Shown: positions 17,467 through 26,094 of the stretch, in pieces | Numbering within the stretch: position 1 is the stretch's first letter | How the letters are laid out: every line of letters begins with the position of its first letter | Virus record (IMG/VR): IMGVR_UViG_3300017766_003084 | Span: 1 to 50,678 of that record | Source of the DNA: a virus | Lineage: Duplodnaviria; Caudoviricetes | Direction: 5' to 3' (one strand) | Length of the DNA stretch: 50,678 nt | Notes under the pieces: generated by a model | What the model saw: only the letters and a program-made list of their open reading frames with translations | What the model was told of the DNA's origin: nothing | Database searches by the model: none | Position numbers and translations under genes: made by a program

Positions 17467-18435
17467 TCACATGCCCAACACAGCACACAGGTTTTTGTAC
17501 GTCTCGGCGGCGTTTTCACCGCAGTCAATCTCACTCTCACCAGTCGGTGTTACCCACGACTTCGCAATGTAGTACGTGGACGGAGAGATACCGATAAATC
17601 GGCGGTCGCCCAGCGTTTTCTTCTTCTTCGTCTTTTCGTCGATAGTCACGTTGACCATCTGACCCATGAAGTAAACGCCGTGCAACTTCTTCTTCGTGAA
17701 CGACCAGATGCGACTGAACAACTGAGGTTCATACTGCTGGAAGTCAGGACCAACTGGATTGTCAACCTGTCGGTAGACGCTGTGAGCCAGCAGGATGACG
17801 TTGTAGCCCTTGCGGACAATCTTCAGGCAGAGACTCAGGAACTGAGCATCCCAATATGCTTCAGCAGCTTTGATGTAGCCGCCGTAGAATGAGAGGTAGC
17901 CGTCCTTCGCTTTGCTCGACATGTCACCCTTGTACAGCTTGCTGGCACAGTGCTGGAAGCACAGTTCCTGCAGTCCTGACACAGAGTCGATGATCAACGT
18001 CTTGCGACCGTGGTTCGCATTGAGGAAGCGGTCCATTGTCTTAAGGCACTTGTCCCAGCCGGGGTGTCCGTCGCCGTCAGGAATCGAGTCCTGTTCGTAG
18101 ACATCTTCCAGCGGGACGATTGTTACGTCACGTGGAATCAGGCCACGCTCTTTGTAGATTGCTGCACCGTGTTCACCACTGGTTGTAATGAACATCGGCT
18201 TTTCGAACTGAGAAGCCAACGTCGTCTTGCCCATACCGGCTTCTGAGTAGAACATCAGAAACCTGCCGAAGTGCTCTTCATCACCGACAAGATCGGCGAA
18301 TGGATCAGTCCCGGACTTCACGACTTTTGCAGCCATTGCTGGCCGCTCGTTGCCGATCTGCACAGAAGGCATACGACCTGATGGAACAGGTGCCTTCTTT
18401 GCTGGAGAACGTGGGGGTGGTTGTTTCGTGGTCAT
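17467..18435 (-). CDS. AAA_24 / Sak4-like ATPase
   Basis: Walker A SEAGMGKTT, Walker B LIIDSV, NVILLAH. Confidence 0.8.
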   Translation of the reverse strand: MTTKQPPPRSPAKKAPVPSGRMPSVQIGNERPAMAAKVVKSGTDPFADLVGDEEHFGRFLMFYSEAGMGKTTLASQFEKPMFITTSGEHGAAIYKERGLIPRDVTIVPLEDVYEQDSIPDGDGHPGWDKCLKTMDRFLNANHGRKTLIIDSVSGLQELCFQHCASKLYKGDMSSKAKDGYLSFYGGYIKAAEAYWDAQFLSLCLKIVRKGYNVILLAHSVYRQVDNPVGPDFQQYEPQLFSRIWSFTKKKLHGVYFMGQMVNVTIDEKTKKKKTLGDRRFIGISPSTYYIAKSWVTPTGESEIDCGENAAETYKNLCAVLGM

Positions 18436-19406
18436 TTGATACTCCGTGGTCTGAGGCCGTGCTTACAGCCTGTTAAACGATACTGCCTGAACTTTTCTGC
18501 TGTACCCTCCATAAATGGATTGTACAGCCCGTATGGTGTCATCCAGTGAACCTTGTTGACGACTCCTTTCTGAGAAGGAAGAGACATAAACTCGTACCAG
18601 TCGAGGAACGCTTCCAGCATCGGGTACAGACAGCGATGTCGGAATCTGTCTACCATTCCTCGATCTGGTATGATCCAGTACCGGAAGAAGTGATAGTCAC
18701 GATCACTTTCGATCGCTTCCGCAAGACGCCCGGCGAATTCGGTGTCGGATTCTTTGGCCTTCTTTCTTGGACCTCTGTATCCGAATCCATTAGGGCGGCG
18801 TATATGCTGGTACCAAATTTTGTCAGGCAAGCGGTCATGAGCAGCTTCGAAAAACAGCGTATACAGATTGACCTGCAGATTGTACTGAATTTCCTGAACG
18901 ATAGTCTGCTCATCCCATTCCCCCCGGCATTTGTTTTCCATCAGCATCGTGTCGGACTCGCCGTCGATGTAGCCGTGCATTTTAATGCTTCGACCTGACG
19001 GAAGTTCCACGACAATCTGATGGTGCTTTTCGGAATCGTTGAACCCGTACTTCTCAATGTCCTTGCCGTACATTCTGATCCACGTATCGACCTGATGTCC
19101 CGCCAGCGTAGCCCAGAATGCAATCTCACTGTACTCGCTGTGCTGAGTACACTGTTTCTTGAATTCGTTGTCGAGCAGTTTGACTGCTCCAGCACGCTGA
19201 CGGGTTTTGATATACCCTTCGATACCAGCCTGAACCAGAGATCCGTAGTTCGTGTTCTTGTTCCACGTCTCCACAGCTTCGAGTTTGTGAAGATAGTAGA
19301 CCTCGAATGCGACTCGATCAACGAGCCACATTTCCAGCCCGCTTACTGACAGCCCGTTTTTTAGCGGGTGCCACAGCGTTTGCAGTGATTGCAACTTTCC
19401 CTTCAT
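18432..19406 (-). CDS. PD-(D/E)XK exonuclease (RecB/Cas4-like)
   Basis: LSVS..., GYIDG......ENK, QVNLY. Confidence 0.8.
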   Translation of the reverse strand: MKGKLQSLQTLWHPLKNGLSVSGLEMWLVDRVAFEVYYLHKLEAVETWNKNTNYGSLVQAGIEGYIKTRQRAGAVKLLDNEFKKQCTQHSEYSEIAFWATLAGHQVDTWIRMYGKDIEKYGFNDSEKHHQIVVELPSGRSIKMHGYIDGESDTMLMENKCRGEWDEQTIVQEIQYNLQVNLYTLFFEAAHDRLPDKIWYQHIRRPNGFGYRGPRKKAKESDTEFAGRLAEAIESDRDYHFFRYWIIPDRGMVDRFRHRCLYPMLEAFLDWYEFMSLPSQKGVVNKVHWMTPYGLYNPFMEGTAEKFRQYRLTGCKHGLRPRSIK

Positions 19407-19719
19407 TGATCAGCCTTGCGAAAATTGGAAGGTCTTTTAGGTGCAGAATGACCATCGCATTCTGCCTGTCGTCGAACTCACCGATACAAAGAACCGCAGT
19501 TTTCTTTTCTGCGTCTGCCTTCTCTCGTTCTTCGTGTAACAGGTCTCGCAGCATCCTGTGATTGTTGCGAGTGTACTTGCACGAGATAAACAGGTTTGGG
19601 TGTAATGAATCTGAACGTGTCATCTTACTGTTACCTCCACTCAGAGCATTTCTGGTAGAAGTGAAGATACCTGCGATGAACCGCTCAAACTGTTTCCACG
19701 GCTTGTCCGACATGTTCAT
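19318..19719 (-). CDS. Putative Holliday junction resolvase-like PD-(D/E)XK protein
   Basis: WKQFER.IA...SD......ISCKY pattern, with the usual E of ExK replaced by S. Confidence 0.55.
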   Translation of the reverse strand: MNMSDKPWKQFERFIAGIFTSTRNALSGGNSKMTRSDSLHPNLFISCKYTRNNHRMLRDLLHEEREKADAEKKTAVLCIGEFDDRQNAMVILHLKDLPIFARLINEGKVAITANAVAPAKKRAVSKRAGNVAR

Positions 19720-19882
19720 TGTCCTTATTCAGTTCGCTCCTGAGTACCTTAAATGACCTTGGAGCGTCAATGCTAACTTGGATTCGCGACCTCTTGTCTT
19801 TGAGTCCAAAATGAAGTGTGATTGTTCCCTCGCGGGTTGTGATTGTGATTGACTCAGAATCTCTTCGGCTAAGACACAACAT
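19685..19882 (-). CDS. csrA: CsrA/RsmA-like RNA-binding translational regulator
   Basis: MLCLSRRDSESITI...IQVSIDAPRSFKVLRSEL matches CsrA (MLILTRR.GE.I.I...VRIGI.AP..V.V.R.E). Confidence 0.85.
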   Translation of the reverse strand: MLCLSRRDSESITITTREGTITLHFGLKDKRSRIQVSIDAPRSFKVLRSELNKDNEHVGQAVETV

Positions 19883-19909
19883 GGAAAGTTCCCTCTGTAA
19901 TTTCTGAGA

Positions 19910-19966
19910 AAGAAAAGGCAGTGGCCAGCACGATGCCCACCATAACATCAGATACTGACCACTGCC
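19910..19966 (-). terminator. Terminator or attenuator upstream of the csrA-like gene
   Basis: GGCAGUGGUCAGUA...UGCUGGCCACUGCC hairpin followed by UUUUCUUU on the - strand. Confidence 0.65.
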
Positions 19967-19974
19967 TAGAATCA

Positions 19975-21204
19975 TCAAGTCCGGGCTGGAACCGCCTTAC
20001 GCTTTGCGGGAGCACGCTTCACTGCTGGCTTCACCGGCTCTGGTTCTTCCGGAGTATCCAGATCTTCAACGACTGCTTGCACAGGTTCTTCGGTGAAGTC
20101 GTCCAGTTCTTCAGCAGGCTGTTCCGTCTGTGTTTTGCGTTCAGCAGCAGCGGCTTTCTTCGCTGCAGCAATCTCGAAGCAGGACGTGTGCCAGCCATCA
20201 AACAGGATCGGGAAGTCGCGGTAGTTCTCCTGCTCTTTCTTCGACAGCTTGATGTCAGTCACCTTCAGGCCACTCTCGCCGTTCAGGCAAGCACGTACTG
20301 CCTTGACGAACGGGCCAACCCACTCAAGGTCTCGGTCCTTACTGCCCGGCTGTGCCATCAGGTTGTTCCAGTAGCCAGTCAGGGCGTGAGCGACTGAACC
20401 CCTCTCGTAACCGTTGCCAGTGGAAAGCTGAGACAACAGCATCTCGACTTTGTCACAAGCGTCACTGTCGATCATCAGACCGTTATCGGTGTCCTCAAAA
20501 ACGCAAGCGGCGTAGAGAAGTGCAGCAGTGTACGGCAGGGACATCTTCAGTCCGCCGTGTCCGCCGTCACCGTCGTTTGCGTCCAGAACCATCGTGACGA
20601 ACTGACAGAGGTTGTAGTGCTTGTCCTTCAGGAAGTCGAGCATCTCGCTGATCTGGAACTTCGGAGCGTCACTGACGACTGCTCCACCTTCCATCAACCA
20701 TACAAGACGTGCTGCACCAGCCAGCGTCTTTGTCCACGTCTTACGACGGCTGGCCGTGTTGTTCCAGTCGGCACTGATCACGCTGTCAATCCACGGATCA
20801 CGGAACAGAACGTCGCCGTGAGTACGGGACTTGCCAGTGTCAACGGTGTCGGCAGTTTCAGGCTCAACACCGCGAACAATGACAACGTCAATCTCGGTCT
20901 GTGCTTCCGGCCACTCTTCGCCCTTGTCCAATGCTTCGCAAGCAAGAATGAGGGCCTTGAGACGATGCTGTCCGCTGACCAGATGACCCAGATTGTCAAA
21001 GATCAAAGGTTCGCCGTTGACTCGCCACTTGCCACGCAACTTCTCGTTGGCGTACAGCTTTGCGACGCCCATCGACATCGGGCGATTGCCCTTGTTGCAC
21101 TCTTTCAGAACGTAGTCAGCAAACTCGCGGCCAATGCGAACTACCGTCGAGGTGACAGGACTGTTGACCTTCTTTGTACGCTTCATCGCAACTTCAAACG
21201 ACAT
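19975..21204 (-). CDS. ParB/Srx-like N-terminal domain protein
   Basis: NRP...YA....G.W..NGEPLIFD..G.LVSGQHRLKA...VDTGKSRT..D. Low-complexity C-terminal tail. Confidence 0.75.
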   Translation of the reverse strand: MSFEVAMKRTKKVNSPVTSTVVRIGREFADYVLKECNKGNRPMSMGVAKLYANEKLRGKWRVNGEPLIFDNLGHLVSGQHRLKALILACEALDKGEEWPEAQTEIDVVIVRGVEPETADTVDTGKSRTHGDVLFRDPWIDSVISADWNNTASRRKTWTKTLAGAARLVWLMEGGAVVSDAPKFQISEMLDFLKDKHYNLCQFVTMVLDANDGDGGHGGLKMSLPYTAALLYAACVFEDTDNGLMIDSDACDKVEMLLSQLSTGNGYERGSVAHALTGYWNNLMAQPGSKDRDLEWVGPFVKAVRACLNGESGLKVTDIKLSKKEQENYRDFPILFDGWHTSCFEIAAAKKAAAAERKTQTEQPAEELDDFTEEPVQAVVEDLDTPEEPEPVKPAVKRAPAKRKAVPART

Positions 21205-21307
21205 GGGGGTGTTCCTTTTCCTGAACTGTTTTCAAATTGTTTTCAACAAACATGCGAGCACTCTAGCGTTGTTCTTCGACGTGTCAATCCAGAATCTTCA
21301 ATTTGTT

Positions 21308-22087
21308 TCAGAATTTTTCCGCATCGTAGTTTTTGTTGATTCTGCGGGCGGTCAGCATCTGCCTCAGAGTCTCCAATCGCTCAACTGATTCTTCTGGTTT
21401 TTCACCCGAGAGTAACCGAGTAGACCTGCCGCACCAGTTGACTCCTGCTGGTCCCAAGTGCAGCACTTCGAACGGGGGACGGATTTTGTTTGCCTCACTC
21501 CAGTTCTGCTGAAAGAAAGAATCTGCACCGCCAGCATGTCTCCAGTTGACTTCGTGCCAAGGCGGTTCGGGCAGGTGCCTGTCAGTGCCGTGAAATATCT
21601 GTGTGTAACCAGCAAACTCCTGTTGTTGTGGGTGTAACGGGAAAGTTTTCCAGTAAGGTTCGTGAGGCACACGATCAGGAATGTTAATGCACATTCTACG
21701 CTTTGGTGTGTACAAACAGCCGGGAACCATTTTGAACTTGTTGTTCTGAGGCACGAAACCTTCTGGAACAAGAAATTCCCAATCAATTTGTTTAGGCCAA
21801 AGAACGTCTGCGTCCATCAAGCACAGCCAACCGTGTCTGCCAAAGTAATCGAGTCCGAGTTCCAGTGCTGCCCACTTGTTGAACTTTGCACCGTTGGCAG
21901 TGAAAACGTCAGTGCGAAACATTGGCACATCGTACTTGTCAGCAATGTACTTCGTTGCTCTGTCACGCATGTTTGTGACAATGAGTATCTCTTTGAAGTG
22001 ATGCCTGTTGTAATCCAGTGTTACGTTGAGTAAGTCTGAATAGTCAACACACACGATAATAGCACGCAAGGGGGTGGACATGGTCAT
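21308..22087 (-). CDS. GT-A fold glycosyltransferase (GT2-like)
   Basis: AIIVCVDYSDLL, FNKWAALELGL, DxD motif LMDADV, GYTQIFH, GGADSFF. Confidence 0.8.
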   Translation of the reverse strand: MTMSTPLRAIIVCVDYSDLLNVTLDYNRHHFKEILIVTNMRDRATKYIADKYDVPMFRTDVFTANGAKFNKWAALELGLDYFGRHGWLCLMDADVLWPKQIDWEFLVPEGFVPQNNKFKMVPGCLYTPKRRMCINIPDRVPHEPYWKTFPLHPQQQEFAGYTQIFHGTDRHLPEPPWHEVNWRHAGGADSFFQQNWSEANKIRPPFEVLHLGPAGVNWCGRSTRLLSGEKPEESVERLETLRQMLTARRINKNYDAEKF

Positions 22088-23007
22088 TTCTCCAAGTAGT
22101 CGATGACACGACGTTTTTCTGAAGGAACAGTAATGATTGGAAGAATCCCGTGCTTGGCTTTACCATGCAAAGATTCATACATACCGGATACTTCGGTGAT
22201 GTGCTCTCCTTGTGCAAGTCTGTGCTGTGCTCGAAGCGGCACTAGGCAATTGTTGCAGTGTTGTTCAACTTGATGCTTGAACGTTCGCATCGGCTCTTTC
22301 CACCAGCCTTCATGAACGTTCTCGGGAGTAATCGGAATGCCAGTGTCAGGATAGTTAGGATCGTCCTGAAGCAGCACAGCCTGACCACCAGCGACTTCAC
22401 AGAAGAACCCCCGAAGTTCTCCACGGAACTGACAGATCATTGCGGACCAATGCCTGTTGATGTCACAGTTTGTGATGAGGTTATACCGCTCTGTTTCATC
22501 AGGTACTGCTGCGGTAAGGTCGCCGTGAACAGCAGAGTGTCGGCTGTCTTTGTCAGCACCAAAAGGCATTGATTCTGGCCAGTCTCGTTTGAATTCATCG
22601 TAGGCTTTCCTGTTGAGGTGAACATTCAGATTGCTCATTCGAGGGTTAAAGGTTTTCCGCATCACAGAGCCTTCGCCCAACGGATTGTTGCACCAGATCC
22701 CACACTTGTCTTGCGGGAAGTAGGATCGAAGGATGCTGCAGATCCTGTTGAACTCGGGGTGCATTGCAGGGTTGCCACCGAATATGCCGATTAGTCCGAA
22801 GTAGTCATGAACTGACTGACAGGCTAACTCGAAGTTCTGTGGTGTCATGTAGTGACCCCTGCCAGCAAACTGACTGCCTTGTGTGCAGTTGCTACAGGCA
22901 AGGTCACAGGAGCGTGTGATGTTTATTTGCATCACACCTTCCATCCACTTTCCCGGTCTCCGTTGAGACGGGGAAACCATCGCGTCAACGTAGTGATCAA
23001 TACTCAT
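22084..23007 (-). CDS. Radical SAM protein
   Basis: CxxxCxxC (CDLACSNC), FGGNP, additional C-terminal Cys (CDI, FCEVA, CNNC). Confidence 0.88.
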   Translation of the reverse strand: MSIDHYVDAMVSPSQRRPGKWMEGVMQINITRSCDLACSNCTQGSQFAGRGHYMTPQNFELACQSVHDYFGLIGIFGGNPAMHPEFNRICSILRSYFPQDKCGIWCNNPLGEGSVMRKTFNPRMSNLNVHLNRKAYDEFKRDWPESMPFGADKDSRHSAVHGDLTAAVPDETERYNLITNCDINRHWSAMICQFRGELRGFFCEVAGGQAVLLQDDPNYPDTGIPITPENVHEGWWKEPMRTFKHQVEQHCNNCLVPLRAQHRLAQGEHITEVSGMYESLHGKAKHGILPIITVPSEKRRVIDYLEK

Positions 23008-24061
23008 AGTTGTTCCTCAGTTCTTCGATTTTCTCTGCGAGAAGTTTTGTGACGTTTGGGTAACTGTAAAAGTGCGTTGCCGCTCGACTGACTGTGTGCA
23101 TCAAATCTTCGTCGTATTCTTCCTCTGCTGTCAATACCACGTCTCTCAGATCCTCAACTGAGATTGCAGGATTGACGCGAATCAAACAATGACTTGCTGC
23201 GGGCAGACTGAGTACAGGCAAAGACTCTTCCAAAGGTAGATCGGTAATTACTTGACAACCACAGCACACAGCTTCAATGATTTTTCTGAGAGAATAACCA
23301 TACATGCTGGATGTGCAGATCGCTACCTTGTAGCGGCTCAGCGTCTGCAGGAAGTCAGGCGTTGCTACGCCACGACGATGATATCCGGGATGTTGAAGCA
23401 GTGTGATAGGAAGTCTACCTGAAGCGTTGCGAATCTTCTGACGCAACGGATAAACGTTGCTGATCGCACCAGACATCAGTGTCCCACTGCGGATACTCGT
23501 GTATGCCGGTATCGCAGCGGCGTTGACTGTATGATATGTCCGAACAAGATGCTTCTCACGAACGTATGGAGCGAGGTGTTTAACAATTCTTGGGTGGTAG
23601 TAAACAATCCATGCGTGACAGTCCATGTCGTATGCAGCAGCACTATGATAGTCTGGATTCTGATGTGAGTCTTTCAGAATCGTAAGTTTGAACGTTTCTT
23701 TGTAATCACGCAGACATCTGATGTTAGTGAATCGGGCATTGGGATCTCGGAAGTCACCTCTGCGAGTATCCCATTCTCGAATGTCTTGAACAACAATTGT
23801 ACCGGGACGGTACTTGTCCATCAGGTAGCAAACGTCTGTTGACGGTTCATCCAGACCATATCCGCAGTGGGTGTAACCATTCAGAGATAACCCGTGTGTG
23901 ATCTGCCAGCCTTCGTCGGTCATGTGCCGCTTCATGCTCTCCACACCGAGCACAAGTTTGTTGCTGAAATCATCTCGTGGAGAAAACCCCGGAGATTTCA
24001 GTTCCGGGGTTGAAGGCGAAGGTAGTCTGTTGATCGTATCGTCAAGCGAGCGGGGGTGCAT
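22997..24061 (-). CDS. GT-B fold glycosyltransferase (CgeB / Glyco_trans_1_2-like)
   Basis: YPLR...FLQTLSRYKVAICTSS...RKIIEAVCCGCQVITD...HFYSY. Confidence 0.75.
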   Translation of the reverse strand: MHPRSLDDTINRLPSPSTPELKSPGFSPRDDFSNKLVLGVESMKRHMTDEGWQITHGLSLNGYTHCGYGLDEPSTDVCYLMDKYRPGTIVVQDIREWDTRRGDFRDPNARFTNIRCLRDYKETFKLTILKDSHQNPDYHSAAAYDMDCHAWIVYYHPRIVKHLAPYVREKHLVRTYHTVNAAAIPAYTSIRSGTLMSGAISNVYPLRQKIRNASGRLPITLLQHPGYHRRGVATPDFLQTLSRYKVAICTSSMYGYSLRKIIEAVCCGCQVITDLPLEESLPVLSLPAASHCLIRVNPAISVEDLRDVVLTAEEEYDEDLMHTVSRAATHFYSYPNVTKLLAEKIEELRNNYEY

Positions 24062-25397
24062 GGCTTTCTTTCAGCAGTGTTAATGGGTCAAAATCTTCTC
24101 CGGGGAATGTCAGAGCAATTGGATGTTTTTTGTTTCCCATTGACGACTCAGTTCCGATGTGCTGGAGCAGCGATGGACCATGTACGTATTCAGCGTACCC
24201 CGAGTCATTCATCGACTCCACTACAGCACCGTCCAGAGAAATGTGTCGTCTCTGTGCATCGTACCGCCGGGTGATCATGTGACCGCTTGTCAGAAGGGCT
24301 TCACAGGCGTCATGTCTGAACACCAACCCCACTGCACCACGCCCCATGTTTCTCCCTGATGCGGACTTTGCTGAGTCAACCCATCCCTGAACTCCATGCA
24401 CAATAGCCTCATTCTCCATAAAGGTAAAGAGATTGAGGTAACATTTTTCTGCAGGATAGCTGGATTCGATATACTCTTTCAGATTTCTCACGCAAACGAA
24501 GTCGTCCTGAAAGATTGCGTAGTATTCTGCCCACGGGTTTCTGCTGAACATGTCCAGCAGTGTGAGGTGCCAGTGGGAGAATGTTCTGACGTTGTGACGC
24601 TCGTGAACGATACCGACAGGCAGATCCAGTCCGGCGTCGATAATTTCTGAAGGAAGAATACCATCAATGTATAGATCAGGTTCTTCGAATCCTGATGACG
24701 TGAGACTCTTCAGTGTGATCGGCAGTGTCGTGTTGACCCTTGACGGAACAGTCGTCACAGCGTACTGCCACGTGCCCTTGACGTAGATCGTGTCGTACTG
24801 CGGGCGTTCATCTCCTTCATTCCAGTTCAGCACTTCTCGCCTGACTGTCGCTTCGTACTCAGGCTTTGCGAGTATTCGTCTGTGACTCGAAGGCGACGGG
24901 CGATTACCCAGAAAAATCGGAGCAATGTTCTTCATGTGCTCCCTGAAAGCATCGACTGTACCTTCGTGAATACAGCCAACGATAACTCGATCCTGTTTCG
25001 GCATTACCAGCTTTGCTTGGAACGGGGGTTCCATTGCTTGACCTTTCAGTACAGACTTCGCCCACTCTCCTAGTTGGTTCAGTTTCTCGACTCGCTCGGA
25101 ACAATTACAGGGAGCACCAAGCCAGCGGCTGACACGCTCTTCGGTAATGCCGACTGCGGACAAGGCAGACTTTACAAAGTCTCCGAGACCTGAAGATTCG
25201 ACAACAGTGTGAGAACTGGAAACACCGCCGTGTGACAGCATTTCGTCCTGTAGTTCTTTCAGTCTGTCTCCTGTCGCTGACGTGAGTAATCGACGAGTGC
25301 CGTCATTAGACTTGCTGCCCAGCGTTACGTCGGTATTTCTGGAAATGAAAAGACAGGCTTTTGTTTCAGGTAGTTTGCCGAGGGGGGTGTTTGACAT
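24042..25397 (-). CDS. Fusion protein: N-terminal GLGD...CxC domain plus C-terminal GT-A glycosyltransferase
   Basis: GLGDFVKSAL...CNCSERVEKLN, then AVTTVPSR, YAIFQDD, PSLLQHIG. Confidence 0.7.
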   Translation of the reverse strand: MSNTPLGKLPETKACLFISRNTDVTLGSKSNDGTRRLLTSATGDRLKELQDEMLSHGGVSSSHTVVESSGLGDFVKSALSAVGITEERVSRWLGAPCNCSERVEKLNQLGEWAKSVLKGQAMEPPFQAKLVMPKQDRVIVGCIHEGTVDAFREHMKNIAPIFLGNRPSPSSHRRILAKPEYEATVRREVLNWNEGDERPQYDTIYVKGTWQYAVTTVPSRVNTTLPITLKSLTSSGFEEPDLYIDGILPSEIIDAGLDLPVGIVHERHNVRTFSHWHLTLLDMFSRNPWAEYYAIFQDDFVCVRNLKEYIESSYPAEKCYLNLFTFMENEAIVHGVQGWVDSAKSASGRNMGRGAVGLVFRHDACEALLTSGHMITRRYDAQRRHISLDGAVVESMNDSGYAEYVHGPSLLQHIGTESSMGNKKHPIALTFPGEDFDPLTLLKESHAPPLA

Positions 25398-25398
25398 G

Positions 25399-26094
25399 TT
25401 AGTTCAACGTGAGAGATCCAGAAATATCTGTGCCAAACGGGTTTGTTCCTGACGGGCAGTTTACTAAAGAGTTGTACTCATATCCCCAAGGGTTTGGATG
25501 GTTGTACGTAGGAGACAACGCACCAACGTTCTGACAAGAAGATACAAGTGCCCATTTTGTAGGAGTTACAGAACAGTCGTCTGTCTGCCCTCTGTACACA
25601 TCAGTCCTTGATCTAAATATTGAAACGGGAACAACACTTTGCCATCGTACTGTAAGTTGCCATATGACTTTGTTCTGTTGCGTGTTGTTGGACAGATTAA
25701 GCGTAAATCGCTTTCTTGCGTTTGTCGCTGTGCCTGTCTGCATGTATATGGTGTTTCCTTGTTGTGTTGATCCTGTACATTGCAGTTCATCGACTTCAGA
25801 ATCCCATTGACACCCGCCAGTGTATACCAAAGGGAATGTGTTATTGTGATACACGTTTGTCGATGAGTCGTAGCACAAGTTGATTGTCGGATAGCAACGA
25901 GGAAGAGTACTGCCGATAGTGAGGTTGTAGATATATCTTGCTTTGATTGTTCCGCAAGGATCGCAGTCTGTTACTACGTTGAACGGAGATACGCATACAG
26001 GGCACTCGTCTGTGCCTTGCAGTGGGTCGTACATTTTGGAGCAGAGACCTTGAAAGAATCCTTCAGGTACGCCCCATTCTTTGCACTGTGTCAT
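25399..26094 (-). CDS. Cys/Thr-rich putative virion (tail tip) protein
   Basis: Last gene of the tail block, many Cys, ATGA coupling. Confidence 0.55.
   Translation of the reverse strand: MTQCKEWGVPEGFFQGLCSKMYDPLQGTDECPVCVSPFNVVTDCDPCGTIKARYIYNLTIGSTLPRCYPTINLCYDSSTNVYHNNTFPLVYTGGCQWDSEVDELQCTGSTQQGNTIYMQTGTATNARKRFTLNLSNNTQQNKVIWQLTVRWQSVVPVSIFRSRTDVYRGQTDDCSVTPTKWALVSSCQNVGALSPTYNHPNPWGYEYNSLVNCPSGTNPFGTDISGSLTLN

Noticed and set aside
19954-19966. 13-nt match (GGCAGTGGTCAGT) between the csrA-upstream hairpin and 3940-3952
   Set aside because: A single 13-mer match to a low-complexity region can arise by chance, and there is no other support.
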